Shown here in pieces: positions 36,221 through 45,799 of a stretch of 64,000 nt of DNA (positions are counted from its first letter, which is position 1; each line of letters begins with the position of its first letter). The notes beneath the pieces were generated by a model. The model had not been told where the DNA came from. It saw nothing but the letters and a program-made list of their open reading frames with translations, and searched no databases. The stretch lies in NCBI GenBank assembly GCA_035700025.1, contig DASSOY010000012.1, forward strand, positions 47,191 through 111,190. The letters are read 5' to 3'. Both the position numbers and the translations under genes were made by a program. Origin of the DNA: Bacillales bacterium. GTDB lineage: Bacteria; Bacillota; Bacilli; Bacillales; DASSOY01.

Positions 36221-36758
36221 GAAGCGCCTCCCCTTTCCCGAGCGCATTTCTCAGTTGTTCGCGGCCGCGTAACAGTCTCGTTTTTACCGTGTTCACCGGG
36301 ATATCAAGGATTTCGGAAATTTCATCGTGGCGCATCTCCTCAAAGTAAAACAAAATAACGGGAATCTTGTACTTGTCGTTCAACTGTTGGATTAAACGGT
36401 GCAGTTCGCGGTCGCTTTCGCTCCGCAGCAAATCCTCTTCCGCTGACGATTCGATACCGTCATATTCGTGCTTCAGCAAGTTCACTTTGTTCAACAAGCT
36501 TTTTCGTTTGCGATACATGTCTTTGGAGACGTTCAACGTAATTTTGTAAAGCCATGTCGAAAATTTGCCGCGCGAATAACGATTCAAATAGCGGTACACT
36601 CGAATAAAAACTTCCTGCGTAATGTCTTCGACCGCATCGGGAGGATTGCCCATTTGAAAGGCAAAACGTTCAACCTGGGGATAATAGCCTTTCATTAGTT
36701 CGTCGAAAGCTTCGAGATCTCCCTTTTTCGCACGGGAAATCCATTCTTGTTCAGACAT
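36201..36758 (-). CDS. ECF-type RNA polymerase sigma-70 family factor
   Basis: Region 2 (DAVEDITQEVFIRVYRYLNRY...FSTWLYKITLN) and region 4 (EMRHDEISEILDIPVNTVKTRLLRGREQL) are both present. Confidence 0.9.
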   Translation of the reverse strand: MSEQEWISRAKKGDLEAFDELMKGYYPQVERFAFQMGNPPDAVEDITQEVFIRVYRYLNRYSRGKFSTWLYKITLNVSKDMYRKRKSLLNKVNLLKHEYDGIESSAEEDLLRSESDRELHRLIQQLNDKYKIPVILFYFEEMRHDEISEILDIPVNTVKTRLLRGREQLRNALGKGEALHAKRSF

Positions 36759-36860
36759 CCCCAGTCCTCCTTCCCTAATGGAACATCAACAACAGCAAAA
36801 GAGTTTCAATGTTTTTCACTCTCGCTTGTACCGATTTTACCACGAATCCGCGTATTCAAG

Positions 36861-39191
36861 TTAATTTTCCATGACATAACAGTGTGAAGGCACGTTTTCG
36901 AGCAAACGGCTCGGTTTCCCGCGATAAAAGATGATCAATTCATGCATTGCCCGGGTGCAAGCCGTATAAAACAACTCCCGTTCGGATTCTCTGCGATAAA
37001 CGAGGTCGGAAGCGTCGTAAATGATAACGGCGTCAAACTCAATGCCTTTCGCCAAATACGCAGGCAACACGACTACACCTTTTTCAAACGTGTACGTTTC
37101 CGTATCGAGCAATTGAACCGGCAACCGTTCACGCAAACCGTGGTACACATCAATACTTTCTTGCAAGGTTTTGCACAATACGGCGATCGTTTCATGCCCT
37201 TTTTCCTTCAAGCGGCTGATACGTTCAACAATCTTGGCATTTAACTCCGGTTTGTCGCCCGCATGTACCAAACGCGGACGCTCTCCATCCCGTTCAAACG
37301 GTAAGACAGACGAGGCACTCGGAATCAGCTCTTTTGTAAAAAGCACGATCGGCTTCGTCGAACGATAACTCGTCATCAGCTCAACGCGCTCTTCTCGATC
37401 CGGTTCTCCCGTTCCCGTCGCAAGCAGTGACGGAACCGACTCTGCGTGGGCATGAATCGCTTGATTAACGTCGCCGAGAAACGTCATTTGCGCCCGTGGG
37501 AAAATCTTTTTCATATATTCAAACTGCAGCGGTGTATAATCTTGCGCCTCATCAATGAATACATGACGAATCCAATTATAGCGGGAAAACCCTTTGATTA
37601 ACCCGCGCAAATACAACAACGGTGTTGCGTCTTCCCAGGCGCACCTTTCATCATTCAAGGCAGCGATCGTGACCCGACAAACGGCTTCCCATTGATCCGG
37701 CAGACGACGGAAGTGTGAACTCCTGGATTCGAACAGTCGCCGGTATGCCGCAACATGATCGACGAAATCGAGTCGTTCGATTTTCGAGCGAATCGGTTTA
37801 AAAGATTCAGCGACAACTGTACGGCTCAGCCATTCCCTTTCCCGGTCGAAATCGTCGAACGTATTCTCGCTGAAACGTTGCTGTTGTTGGAGCCCATGGT
37901 AAGCATCCAAATAATCTTCCTTGTCGAGCAATTCAATTTCATCGGCGACCCATGAGGCTTCCCTTGCCTCTTCTTCAATTGTGTCAATTCGGGCAAGCAG
38001 CCAATCTTTCGTTCGTTCGAGCCGGTTAGGCAGCGAAAGCGAGTTATCGGTTTTATAAAATTGGAAAGCCATTTCACCTGAACCGATCAACACTTCACCG
38101 CGAAAACGAATGTCGTTAAACGGCATTCCGCGTTGGCCAAGCTTTTGCGCGAACCGCTCAATCATTTCCTTGAACAAGAGCGTTGCCTTAAATTGCACAG
38201 CTGCCTTTCGCACAGCATCTTCACCGTCATCCTCGCGGTTTAGTGACCATTCCATTTGTTGAAACGGGTCTTCGAGCCGCAATTTTTCATCTAAATGCTC
38301 GCTGGCGTATTCATAAAACGTCGTTTGCAGCATATTGTTTTCCCCGAGCTCGGGAAGAACCGTCGAGACGTAACTGTTGAACAATGGATTCGGCGAAAAC
38401 AAGATCATGTTTTCAGCGTTCAGCCGTTCGCGATGTGCATACAATAAATAAGCAACACGCTGCAATGCCGCCGACGTCTTTCCGCTTCCCGCGACACCTT
38501 GCACGATCAAATACCGATGTTTTTCGTCGCGAATGATCCGGTTTTGTTCCCGTTGAATCGTCGCCACAATGCTTTTCATTTTCGTATCGGAACGATTGCC
38601 GAGCATCTTTTGCAGCAGTTGGTCGCCGATCGTCAAACCCGTATCAAACATGCCTTGCAATGTTCCGTTTTCAATAATATATTGCCTTTTCAACGTTATT
38701 TCACCCGACACCGTGCCCTCAACCGTTTCATACTCGGCCGGTCCCGGCGCGTAATCATAATACATGCTCGCAATCGGCGCGCGCCAGTCATAAACGAGAA
38801 ATTCCTCCTCGGCATCGTCTTGCAATGACGCAATGCCGATATAGATCGGTTCCTCTTGATTTGTCTCAGGTGCTTCTTCTATAAAATCAATCCGACCGAA
38901 ATACGGCCGCTGTTCCAGCCGGCTGAGCGTCGTCAGTTGCTCCGACATCAGCCCGTGGCTTCGCTCGCGTTCCGACAGCAACTCAGCTTGTTGCCGAATG
39001 CTTGCTTGCGTTTCGATGATGTCGTCGGGTTCATCCACATTTACGGTCACGTCTTCCCAGAAATTTTTCCGTAAACCGACGATTCCCGTCTTCAACTGGC
39101 CCGACTTCTCGCGGATCATTTCCTGCTTCCGTTGGATCAATTGAACCACTTCTTTGACTCGCTTTGTTTCCTCGTTCCAGTCTTTTGTCAT
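36861..39191 (-). CDS. helD: HelD-type UvrD-like helicase (RNA polymerase recycling factor)
   Basis: Contains the N-terminal coiled-coil region, RPYFGRIDF, Walker A VQGVAGSGKTS, the FIDEAQDY motif and a C-terminal UvrD-like domain. The start is the ATG at 39191 (GGAGG 8 nt upstream). Confidence 0.85.
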   Translation of the reverse strand: MTKDWNEETKRVKEVVQLIQRKQEMIREKSGQLKTGIVGLRKNFWEDVTVNVDEPDDIIETQASIRQQAELLSERERSHGLMSEQLTTLSRLEQRPYFGRIDFIEEAPETNQEEPIYIGIASLQDDAEEEFLVYDWRAPIASMYYDYAPGPAEYETVEGTVSGEITLKRQYIIENGTLQGMFDTGLTIGDQLLQKMLGNRSDTKMKSIVATIQREQNRIIRDEKHRYLIVQGVAGSGKTSAALQRVAYLLYAHRERLNAENMILFSPNPLFNSYVSTVLPELGENNMLQTTFYEYASEHLDEKLRLEDPFQQMEWSLNREDDGEDAVRKAAVQFKATLLFKEMIERFAQKLGQRGMPFNDIRFRGEVLIGSGEMAFQFYKTDNSLSLPNRLERTKDWLLARIDTIEEEAREASWVADEIELLDKEDYLDAYHGLQQQQRFSENTFDDFDREREWLSRTVVAESFKPIRSKIERLDFVDHVAAYRRLFESRSSHFRRLPDQWEAVCRVTIAALNDERCAWEDATPLLYLRGLIKGFSRYNWIRHVFIDEAQDYTPLQFEYMKKIFPRAQMTFLGDVNQAIHAHAESVPSLLATGTGEPDREERVELMTSYRSTKPIVLFTKELIPSASSVLPFERDGERPRLVHAGDKPELNAKIVERISRLKEKGHETIAVLCKTLQESIDVYHGLRERLPVQLLDTETYTFEKGVVVLPAYLAKGIEFDAVIIYDASDLVYRRESERELFYTACTRAMHELIIFYRGKPSRLLENVPSHCYVMEN

Positions 39192-39228
39192 CGCAGCGCC
39201 CTCCTGCCCTTGGTGAAATGATAAATTG

Positions 39229-39257
39229 TTGACATTTCTCAAGATACGGTTTATAAT
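39229..39257 (+). promoter_or_regulatory. Perfect consensus sigma-A promoter TTGACA-N17-TATAAT on the plus strand
   Basis: TTGACA lies at 39229-39234, followed by exactly 17 nt, then TATAAT at 39252-39257. A minus-strand TATAAT (39261-39256, the likely helD -10) overlaps it by 2 bp. Confidence 0.6.
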
Positions 39258-39263
39258 TATAAT

Positions 39264-39352
39264 GGTGTATTATGTTTGTGAAATGAATTCTGGTTGACAG
39301 ACCGGATTTCATCATACCATTTTCAGCGGAACCCGACAAGGTTCTTTTTTTT
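39264..39352 (+). ncRNA. Candidate ~90-nt small RNA (or short terminated leader) defined by the consensus promoter and an intrinsic terminator
   Basis: The predicted TSS is near 39264. An internal imperfect hairpin spans 39278-39315. The terminator is GGAACC cgacaa GGTTCT plus a T8 run (39328-39352). There is no plausible ORF (only MFVK*). No family was recognised. Confidence 0.35.
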
Positions 39353-39363
39353 ATTGGGTTAAG

Positions 39364-39379
39364 ATTTGAATATTCAAAT
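39364..39379. repeat. Perfect 16-bp palindrome ATTTGAATATTCAAAT
   Basis: Read directly from the sequence. It lies 12 bp after the T-run of the candidate sRNA terminator, in ORF-free DNA. Confidence 0.6.
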
Positions 39380-39606
39380 AAAGGATCGCCGACAAGATTT
39401 TTTTGTATCTGGGGCAGAACCAGCAAAGGTCGGTTAACCCTAATCTACATACTTCTCCGCTAGTCGCACCACTATGACAAACTTGATATTCGACCGGGGA
39501 TGATGCTTTCCCTGTGAGATCGAAACTGTGCTTTTCGCTCTCCCCCTTCCACGTTTTCATCCTCCATTGTTTTTCGCTATACTAGATACGTGAAAGGAGT
39601 TAAGCA

Positions 39607-41694
39607 ATGAAATCTTTGATACTTGCGGAAAAACCGAGCGTTGCCCGCGATTTGGCGAACGTGCTCGGCTGCAATCAGAAAAACAAGCAATATATTGAAG
39701 GTCCGCGTTATGTCGTCACTTGGGCGCTCGGACACCTCGTCGAACTGAAAATGCCCGAGGATTATGATAAAAAATACGAAACGTGGCGTATGGAAGATTT
39801 GCCGATCATTCCCGACCGCATGGGATTGAAAACGATTCGAAAAACGAGTCCTCAATTGAAAGCGATCGACCGGCTCGTGAAACGAAAAGACGTTCAAGAA
39901 GTCATCATTGCTACGGATGCCGGCCGTGAAGGCGAACTCGTTGCCCGTTGGATTTTGAAACGCATTCAATGGAAAGGGAAAGTGAAAAGACTCTGGATTT
40001 CATCTCAAACGGACCGTGCGATTTGCGACGGTTTTCGGCAGTTGAAACCGGCGGCGCACTATGATAATTTGTTTCAATCGGCGGTGTGCCGCGCGGAAGC
40101 GGATTGGCTTATTGGATTAAATGTGACGAGAGCGTTGACGACGAAGTACAACGATCCGTTGTCTGCCGGGCGGGTGCAAACGCCGACGCTCGGTCTCGTC
40201 CTCGACCGCGAACGTGCAATTCAATCGTTCAAGCCGGAACCCTACTGGTTGGTAAAGGCGGCCATTGGGCCGATTACCGCTCAATGGCAAAACAAAAAAG
40301 GGGAAAAACGGCTGTTTGGCGCCGAAGAAGCGGAACGCTTGAAACAAAAAATTTCCGGCCGGAAAGCGACGGTCACAGACGTACGCTCAAAGCAAAAAAC
40401 AGAACGGCAGCCGCTCCCGTACGATTTGACCGAGCTTCAGCGGGACGCGAATAAAATTTTCGGATTTTCCGCGAAAAAAACGTCTAACGTGCTGCAAGGA
40501 TTGTATGAACGTCATAAAATCGTTACGTACCCGCGTACCGATTCGAAGTATTTGACGCAAGACATGAAAGCGACGATGGCCGAACGGGTGAAAGCCATCG
40601 CATCGGCTTATGCAGATGAGGTTCGTCCGATCGCCAAGCAGCAGCACAAAGTGCTCGCCAACCACGTTTTTAACGATGCGAAAGTAACAGATCACCATGC
40701 GATTATTCCTACGGACGAAACGGTATACGCTGCTGATCTCGACTCTGACGAAAAAAAATTGTTCGATTTGATCGCAAAACGTTTTCTCGCTTTGTTTTAT
40801 TCTCCGTATGAATACGATACGGTCGAAGCCGTGTTTGATGTTGACGGTGAAATGTTCTCAGCCAAGGAAACGATCGTTCGCGAACCCGGATTTAAACGGT
40901 TGCGTCAACAAGACGAGGAAACGAATCGCGAAACCGCTGTTGTCCAGAAAGGTCAAAGTTTTCAGGTCAAAAACGTCGTGACTGAAAGCAAAATGACCGA
41001 GCCTCCCCCGCGTTACAGCGAATCGGATTTGCTCGGACGCATGGAAAAATACGGACTTGGAACGCCGGCTACGCGCGCGGACATCATCGAAAAACTCGTT
41101 TTCAGCGAAGCCATTGAACGAAAGAACGGCAAGCTGTTTCCGACGCCGAAAGGCAAACAGCTGATCGAACTCGTCAATGACGAACTGAAGTCGCCGAAGC
41201 TGACGGCGCGATGGGAAGCGGAGCTGGAAAGCATCGCACGCGGAAAAGGAAACGCGCAGGCGTTCTTGAAAAACATTCGCGAGCAAGCGCATCGGCTCGT
41301 TTCGGAAGTCGCCGCAAGCAAGAAAACGTATCGAGCTCATAATTTGACGGGCACGAAGTGCCCGGAATGCGGGGAGCTGATGAAGGAACGGAAGACGAAA
41401 GACGGGAAAATGCTCGTGTGCGCGAATCGCGAATGCGGGTACCGGAAACGGCGCGAAGCGAAGTTGACGAAGCGGCGGTGTCCGCAATGCAAGAAAAGAA
41501 TGGAAATTCACAAAGGCGAAGCCGGCGTGTATTTTCAGTGCCGGCCGTGCAATGTTGTGGAAAAGGCGGATCGCGGTAAGAAAGTGCCGGACAAACGGGA
41601 GAAACAACGATTAATGAAAAAATATGAGAAAAAAGAACCTGTTGGAAACAGCATGGCTGATGCGTTGAAAGCAGCCCTTGAAAAGAAAGAATGA
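39607..41694 (+). CDS. topB: DNA topoisomerase III
   Basis: A Toprim N-terminus (MKSLILAEKPSVARDLANVLG...VTWALGHLVEL), catalytic-Tyr region blocks and C-terminal CxxC zinc ribbons are present. The RBS is AAAGGAG. Confidence 0.95.
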   Translation: MKSLILAEKPSVARDLANVLGCNQKNKQYIEGPRYVVTWALGHLVELKMPEDYDKKYETWRMEDLPIIPDRMGLKTIRKTSPQLKAIDRLVKRKDVQEVIIATDAGREGELVARWILKRIQWKGKVKRLWISSQTDRAICDGFRQLKPAAHYDNLFQSAVCRAEADWLIGLNVTRALTTKYNDPLSAGRVQTPTLGLVLDRERAIQSFKPEPYWLVKAAIGPITAQWQNKKGEKRLFGAEEAERLKQKISGRKATVTDVRSKQKTERQPLPYDLTELQRDANKIFGFSAKKTSNVLQGLYERHKIVTYPRTDSKYLTQDMKATMAERVKAIASAYADEVRPIAKQQHKVLANHVFNDAKVTDHHAIIPTDETVYAADLDSDEKKLFDLIAKRFLALFYSPYEYDTVEAVFDVDGEMFSAKETIVREPGFKRLRQQDEETNRETAVVQKGQSFQVKNVVTESKMTEPPPRYSESDLLGRMEKYGLGTPATRADIIEKLVFSEAIERKNGKLFPTPKGKQLIELVNDELKSPKLTARWEAELESIARGKGNAQAFLKNIREQAHRLVSEVAASKKTYRAHNLTGTKCPECGELMKERKTKDGKMLVCANRECGYRKRREAKLTKRRCPQCKKRMEIHKGEAGVYFQCRPCNVVEKADRGKKVPDKREKQRLMKKYEKKEPVGNSMADALKAALEKKE

Positions 41695-41701
41695 CGATTT
41701 A

Positions 41702-41732
41702 CCCGCTTGCGCACTGGCAAGCGGGATTTTTT
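41702..41732 (+). terminator. Intrinsic terminator after topB
   Basis: CCCGCTTGC gcactg GCAAGCGGG followed by ATTTTTT. Confidence 0.85.
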
Positions 41733-41849
41733 AACAGAAATATGGCAAAAACTGTTTTCCCTTTAACGAAAAACGTTTATCATAGAAAGGAAGAACGCGT
41801 GTACTTTGACGGCTTGAGAACGACCGTTTTGCAGAAAGGATGAACGCGA

Positions 41850-42776
41850 GTGCCGAACGTATGGACACATATCCTTTTCGGTGAAAAAACATTGGAACGC
41901 ATCCAATACCGCCTGCCCTCGGATGATGTCCTCCCTTTTTTCAGGCTCGGTTGCCAAGGGCCGGATTTGTTTTTCTATCATAACTTTTGGCCGTGGGCTA
42001 AAGACCTCGGCGTTTCCGCAATAGGAGAAAACATCCACCGAAACCATTGCGGACCCTTCTTAATCGACATGATTCGCGGCGGTTTCCGTAACGCGAACGA
42101 CTTTTACGTACAAGCTTATATACTCGGGTTTCTTACGCATCATTTGCTCGACCGCAACACCCATCCGTATATCATTTATCGTTCCGGAATGGACGATCAT
42201 AAGCATGAGAAACTTGAAATCATCATTGACACGCTCCTCATGGATGAAACTTACGGCATCAAAACATGGCACATTCCCGTTTACCAAAAAATTAATATTG
42301 GCAAATCGCTGTACGGCCCGATCGAGCAGTTATTGAAATCCCTCATTCGCCGCTATTTTCCCGATGACGCCGCGAAACTGCCGGAAACCTTTGCGGCCGA
42401 ATCATACCGGAACATGATTCAGGCGTTGAAAGTGCTCCATGACCCGATCGGTTGGAAAAACAAATGGTTGAAAAAATTCGTCCATCCCTACTCCTATCGG
42501 CCGATTACTGAACAAAAAGATTATTTGAATCGGAAACGTCGCATCTGGTATCACCCCGCCGATCCAAACGAAAAACATTCCGAAAGTTTCGATGATATGC
42601 TTGATCATGCGTACGCTGAAGCCGAGCGCATACTGGAGGCGGTGCTCGATTATTGGAAGAACGGGTTGGATGAAGCCAGTGAAGGTTTATCTAACGAACT
42701 CGGCAACTATGCGTATGATACCGGAAAAGATTGCCGCGATACGGTCACGTGCAAGTATTTTGATCCGATGATTTAA
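41850..42776 (+). CDS. Zinc-dependent phospholipase C-like family protein (metal-dependent hydrolase)
   Basis: The N-terminal MPNVWTHILFG and downstream His-rich blocks (GFLTHHLLDRNTHPY) match what is seen in this Bacillus family (recalled). The start is GTG. Confidence 0.65.
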   Translation: MPNVWTHILFGEKTLERIQYRLPSDDVLPFFRLGCQGPDLFFYHNFWPWAKDLGVSAIGENIHRNHCGPFLIDMIRGGFRNANDFYVQAYILGFLTHHLLDRNTHPYIIYRSGMDDHKHEKLEIIIDTLLMDETYGIKTWHIPVYQKINIGKSLYGPIEQLLKSLIRRYFPDDAAKLPETFAAESYRNMIQALKVLHDPIGWKNKWLKKFVHPYSYRPITEQKDYLNRKRRIWYHPADPNEKHSESFDDMLDHAYAEAERILEAVLDYWKNGLDEASEGLSNELGNYAYDTGKDCRDTVTCKYFDPMI

Positions 42777-44034
42777 ACGCGGCTTCTCTTTGCCCTTTGG
42801 CGACATTGACTTTCAACAGCAGCAGGATGCCGATGACAAAGAATAAAGCAACGGACAGGATTCCCCATCGGCTTGATCCCGTTAATTGGGAAGTGAGCGC
42901 GAACAAAAACGGCCCGAAAATCGCCGCAAACTTCGAAGAAATTCCGTAAAAACCGAAAAATTCAGCGTTTCTTCCTTTTGGAATCATTCGTCCGAAAATC
43001 GAACGGCTTAACGATTGCGCGCCGCCTTGGACGAACCCGACCATAATCGCAAGCAAATAAAATTCAAACGCGGTTTTCATGAAAAATCCGAGAATGACAA
43101 TGAGGACGTAAACGATCAGTGCCAACAGCAACGCCCGTTTTGCTTCGATTTTTCCTGCCAGCCATCCGAACAAAAAAGCGAACGGAATTCCGACGAATTG
43201 CGTAATGAGGAGTGCCGCGATCAAATCCGTTTGACCGATTCCAATATCCCTGCCGTAGATCGTCGCCATTTTTATGATCGTTGAAATGCCGTCGTTGTAA
43301 ATCCAAAACGCCAGCAAGAATTTGAGCAGTTCCCGGTATTTCGGAAGTTCTTGCAGCGTCGCCGACAACCTCCGAGCAGTGATGCGAACGTAATTTTTTC
43401 CCGTTTGAGTCCGACTGCCGTCGTTCGGATCCTTCACGTTGCGAAACATCGGAATCGAAAAAAACAACCACCACAACGCGACGGTTGCGAAAGCTGCATG
43501 AGTCGCCATTAACGTATCCCGCAGGCCGAAAACCTCTGGTTTCATAATCATGAGTAAGTCGAGTAATAAGATGAGCCCGCCGCCGATATAGCCGTATGCA
43601 AACCCGAGCGCAGAAACTTTGTCCATGTGCTTCCCGTCGGAAATTTCAGGTAAAAAGGCGTCGTAAAACACGTTCCCCCCTGAAAAACCGATCGTCCCGA
43701 CGATCAACAGAAGCGATGCCAACGCATAATCTCCCTCTCCGACAAAGACGAGCAACATCGTCGCAATCATACCCATGTAGGCAAAGAACATCAAATACTG
43801 TTTTTTTGAACGGGTATAGTCGGCCATCGTGCCTAATATCGGTGACAGAACGGCAACAAATACCATAGCGGCGGACTGTGAATATCCCCACAACGACGTG
43901 GCCATCGTGTCGTCCAGCCCCTTCGCTGCTACGTCATGATAAAAAATAGGCAGCACGGCAGCCATCACCGTTGTCGCAAAGGCTGAATTCGCCCAATCGT
44001 ACAATGCCCAACTACGGATCTCTTTTTTGTTCAC
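42745..44034 (-). CDS. MFS transporter, UMF1 family
   Basis: SWALYDWANSAFATTVMAAVLPIFY is the UMF1 signature, with ~12 TM segments. The start is probably the GTG at 44034 (GGGGGA 7 nt upstream). The track start is 44061. Confidence 0.85.
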   Translation of the reverse strand: MNKKEIRSWALYDWANSAFATTVMAAVLPIFYHDVAAKGLDDTMATSLWGYSQSAAMVFVAVLSPILGTMADYTRSKKQYLMFFAYMGMIATMLLVFVGEGDYALASLLLIVGTIGFSGGNVFYDAFLPEISDGKHMDKVSALGFAYGYIGGGLILLLDLLMIMKPEVFGLRDTLMATHAAFATVALWWLFFSIPMFRNVKDPNDGSRTQTGKNYVRITARRLSATLQELPKYRELLKFLLAFWIYNDGISTIIKMATIYGRDIGIGQTDLIAALLITQFVGIPFAFLFGWLAGKIEAKRALLLALIVYVLIVILGFFMKTAFEFYLLAIMVGFVQGGAQSLSRSIFGRMIPKGRNAEFFGFYGISSKFAAIFGPFLFALTSQLTGSSRWGILSVALFFVIGILLLLKVNVAKGQREAAFKSSDQNTCT

Positions 44035-44084
44035 AGCCGCTTCCCCCTTTTTCCATAGCATATCAGAAACAGGGGGCTGAAGGT

Positions 44085-44116
44085 ATAAAAACTTCCGGAC
44101 CGTTTCAGTCCGGAAG
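44085..44116 (-). terminator. Intrinsic terminator after the FAD/Rieske gene
   Basis: Minus strand: CTTCCGGAC tgaaacg GTCCGGAAG followed by TTTTTATACC. Confidence 0.75.
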
Positions 44117-44122
44117 TATCCC

Positions 44123-45658
44123 TTAACGAAAGCGTTTTAATGGTTTTTCGGCAGGACCTTCGACGACTTCGCCCGTATAAGAAAATCTTGAACCGTGGCA
44201 CGGACAATCCCACGTTCGATCCCCTTCATTCCACGACGTTTCGCAAAGCATATGGGTGCAAGTCGTGTCGACAACGTACAAATTTCCATCCTCGTCTTTA
44301 TAGCCGCCGGCGCGTTTGCCTTCATACCGGATGACTCCCCCTTCGTCGTTCGAAAGGAAATCACCGGTTCTTTCCGGAAGTTCCAGCTTTCCGGCCACCC
44401 AATGGGCGGCAACATCTGCATTTTGTTTGAAAAACGTTTTTAAGCTTGGATCCGCGTAAAAGCGCGATGGCGTGAAAACGTCCATGTACTTGTTCTCGCG
44501 CTCCAATACGTAATCACGAAACAACAACGCTGAAAGCGTCCCCGATGACATCCCCCACTTTTTAAATCCGGTGGCCACAAGTATGTTCCTCTCTGCTTGC
44601 GTCAAACGACCGATGTAAGGCACTTTGTCGAGCGTATACAAATCCTGCGCCGACCAGCGATTCACTACTTCCTCTACACCGATGACTGTTTCCGCAAACG
44701 ATTCCAAAGCATCGTAATGATCTTGCGTGTTACCGCCTTGGCCGGTTTTATGATCCTCACCGGCAATAAGGACCCCGGTTTCGCCGTTCAATTGAACAGA
44801 CCGGATCGAACGCGGCGGTGAATCGGCACTCAAATACATTCCGCCCGGATAATCGAACGAGGTTTTAACTGCCAGAAGGTACGAGCGTTCGGCATACATT
44901 CTCGTGTAATAAAACCCGAGTCCGTCGTAAAACGGATAGTGAGAACAGGCGAGAACATAGTTTCCAGTCGCACGGTACCCATCGCGCGTGATCGCTGTTG
45001 CTCGTTTCCCGTGGTCGACGTTCACGGCGGTTGTTTGTTCGTAAATTTCTCCCCCATCGTCGATGAATTGCTTTACAAGATGCGCCAAATACTTAACCGG
45101 ATGAAATTGCGCCTGGTTTCGCATGTACAACGCATTTTTTACTTTAATGTCAAAAGGAATGCTGCCGGTTAAATCGCCGGGGATGTTCAATTTTTCATAA
45201 GCCCGAAATTCATTTTCAACTTTGTTCGCGTACCGGTCGGCAACACCATACATACAGGCATCTTGGGTGCTGAAATCACAATCGATGTTTTGTTCGGAAA
45301 CGAGATTGCGGACATAATTGACTGCCTCTTGATTCGCTTCGTAATAGAGACGCGCCTTTTCAACACCCATATGATTGATCAATTCATGATAAAACAGTCC
45401 GTGTTGGGCGGTTAATTTCGCTGTTGTGTGACCAGTCGTCCCGTTCAGCAAAACGTCAGCTTCCAATAACGCGACATCCAAACCTTCCCGCTGCAGCAAG
45501 TAGGCTGTCGTAATGCCGGTGATGCCTCCTCCGACAATGACGACGTCCGTCTCGATGTCTTCTTTCAGCGCGTTGAAACGCGGCAAATCAATGTTTTCCC
45601 GCCAGTAGGGTTCAGGGGTCTTCGGCAAATCTCGATGATAAAGCGGATTTCTAACCAC
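44123..45658 (-). CDS. FAD-dependent oxidoreductase fused to a C-terminal Rieske [2Fe-2S] domain (YhfW-like)
   Basis: Contains the N-terminal DVVIVGGGITGITTA dinucleotide fold and the C-terminal CTHMLCETSW...CPCHGSRF Rieske motif. The GTG start has GGAGG 7 nt upstream. Confidence 0.85.
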   Translation of the reverse strand: MVRNPLYHRDLPKTPEPYWRENIDLPRFNALKEDIETDVVIVGGGITGITTAYLLQREGLDVALLEADVLLNGTTGHTTAKLTAQHGLFYHELINHMGVEKARLYYEANQEAVNYVRNLVSEQNIDCDFSTQDACMYGVADRYANKVENEFRAYEKLNIPGDLTGSIPFDIKVKNALYMRNQAQFHPVKYLAHLVKQFIDDGGEIYEQTTAVNVDHGKRATAITRDGYRATGNYVLACSHYPFYDGLGFYYTRMYAERSYLLAVKTSFDYPGGMYLSADSPPRSIRSVQLNGETGVLIAGEDHKTGQGGNTQDHYDALESFAETVIGVEEVVNRWSAQDLYTLDKVPYIGRLTQAERNILVATGFKKWGMSSGTLSALLFRDYVLERENKYMDVFTPSRFYADPSLKTFFKQNADVAAHWVAGKLELPERTGDFLSNDEGGVIRYEGKRAGGYKDEDGNLYVVDTTCTHMLCETSWNEGDRTWDCPCHGSRFSYTGEVVEGPAEKPLKRFR

Positions 45659-45799
45659 TTCGTTTCCTCCGTTTCGTGAAAATGTTTGTTCTTAGTTGTC
45701 CCTGAAGGATTCGATTCTATTCAAAACGTTTACGCCTGAAAATCGCGAGGTTTCGATGTAAAATAAAATTAAAACGTGATACACGGAGGGAGAAATCGC

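Noticed and set aside
39351-39560. 69-aa minus-strand ORF, and a T-box-like string (AGATTAGGGTTAACCGAC on the minus strand) between helD and topB
   Set aside because: The ORF's GGAGG abuts the ATG with zero spacing, and the protein has no recognisable features. The T-box resemblance fails at the invariant GGTGGTACCGCG core. No specifier or Stem I elements or downstream terminator with a U-tract exist on that strand, and helD is not a plausible T-box target.
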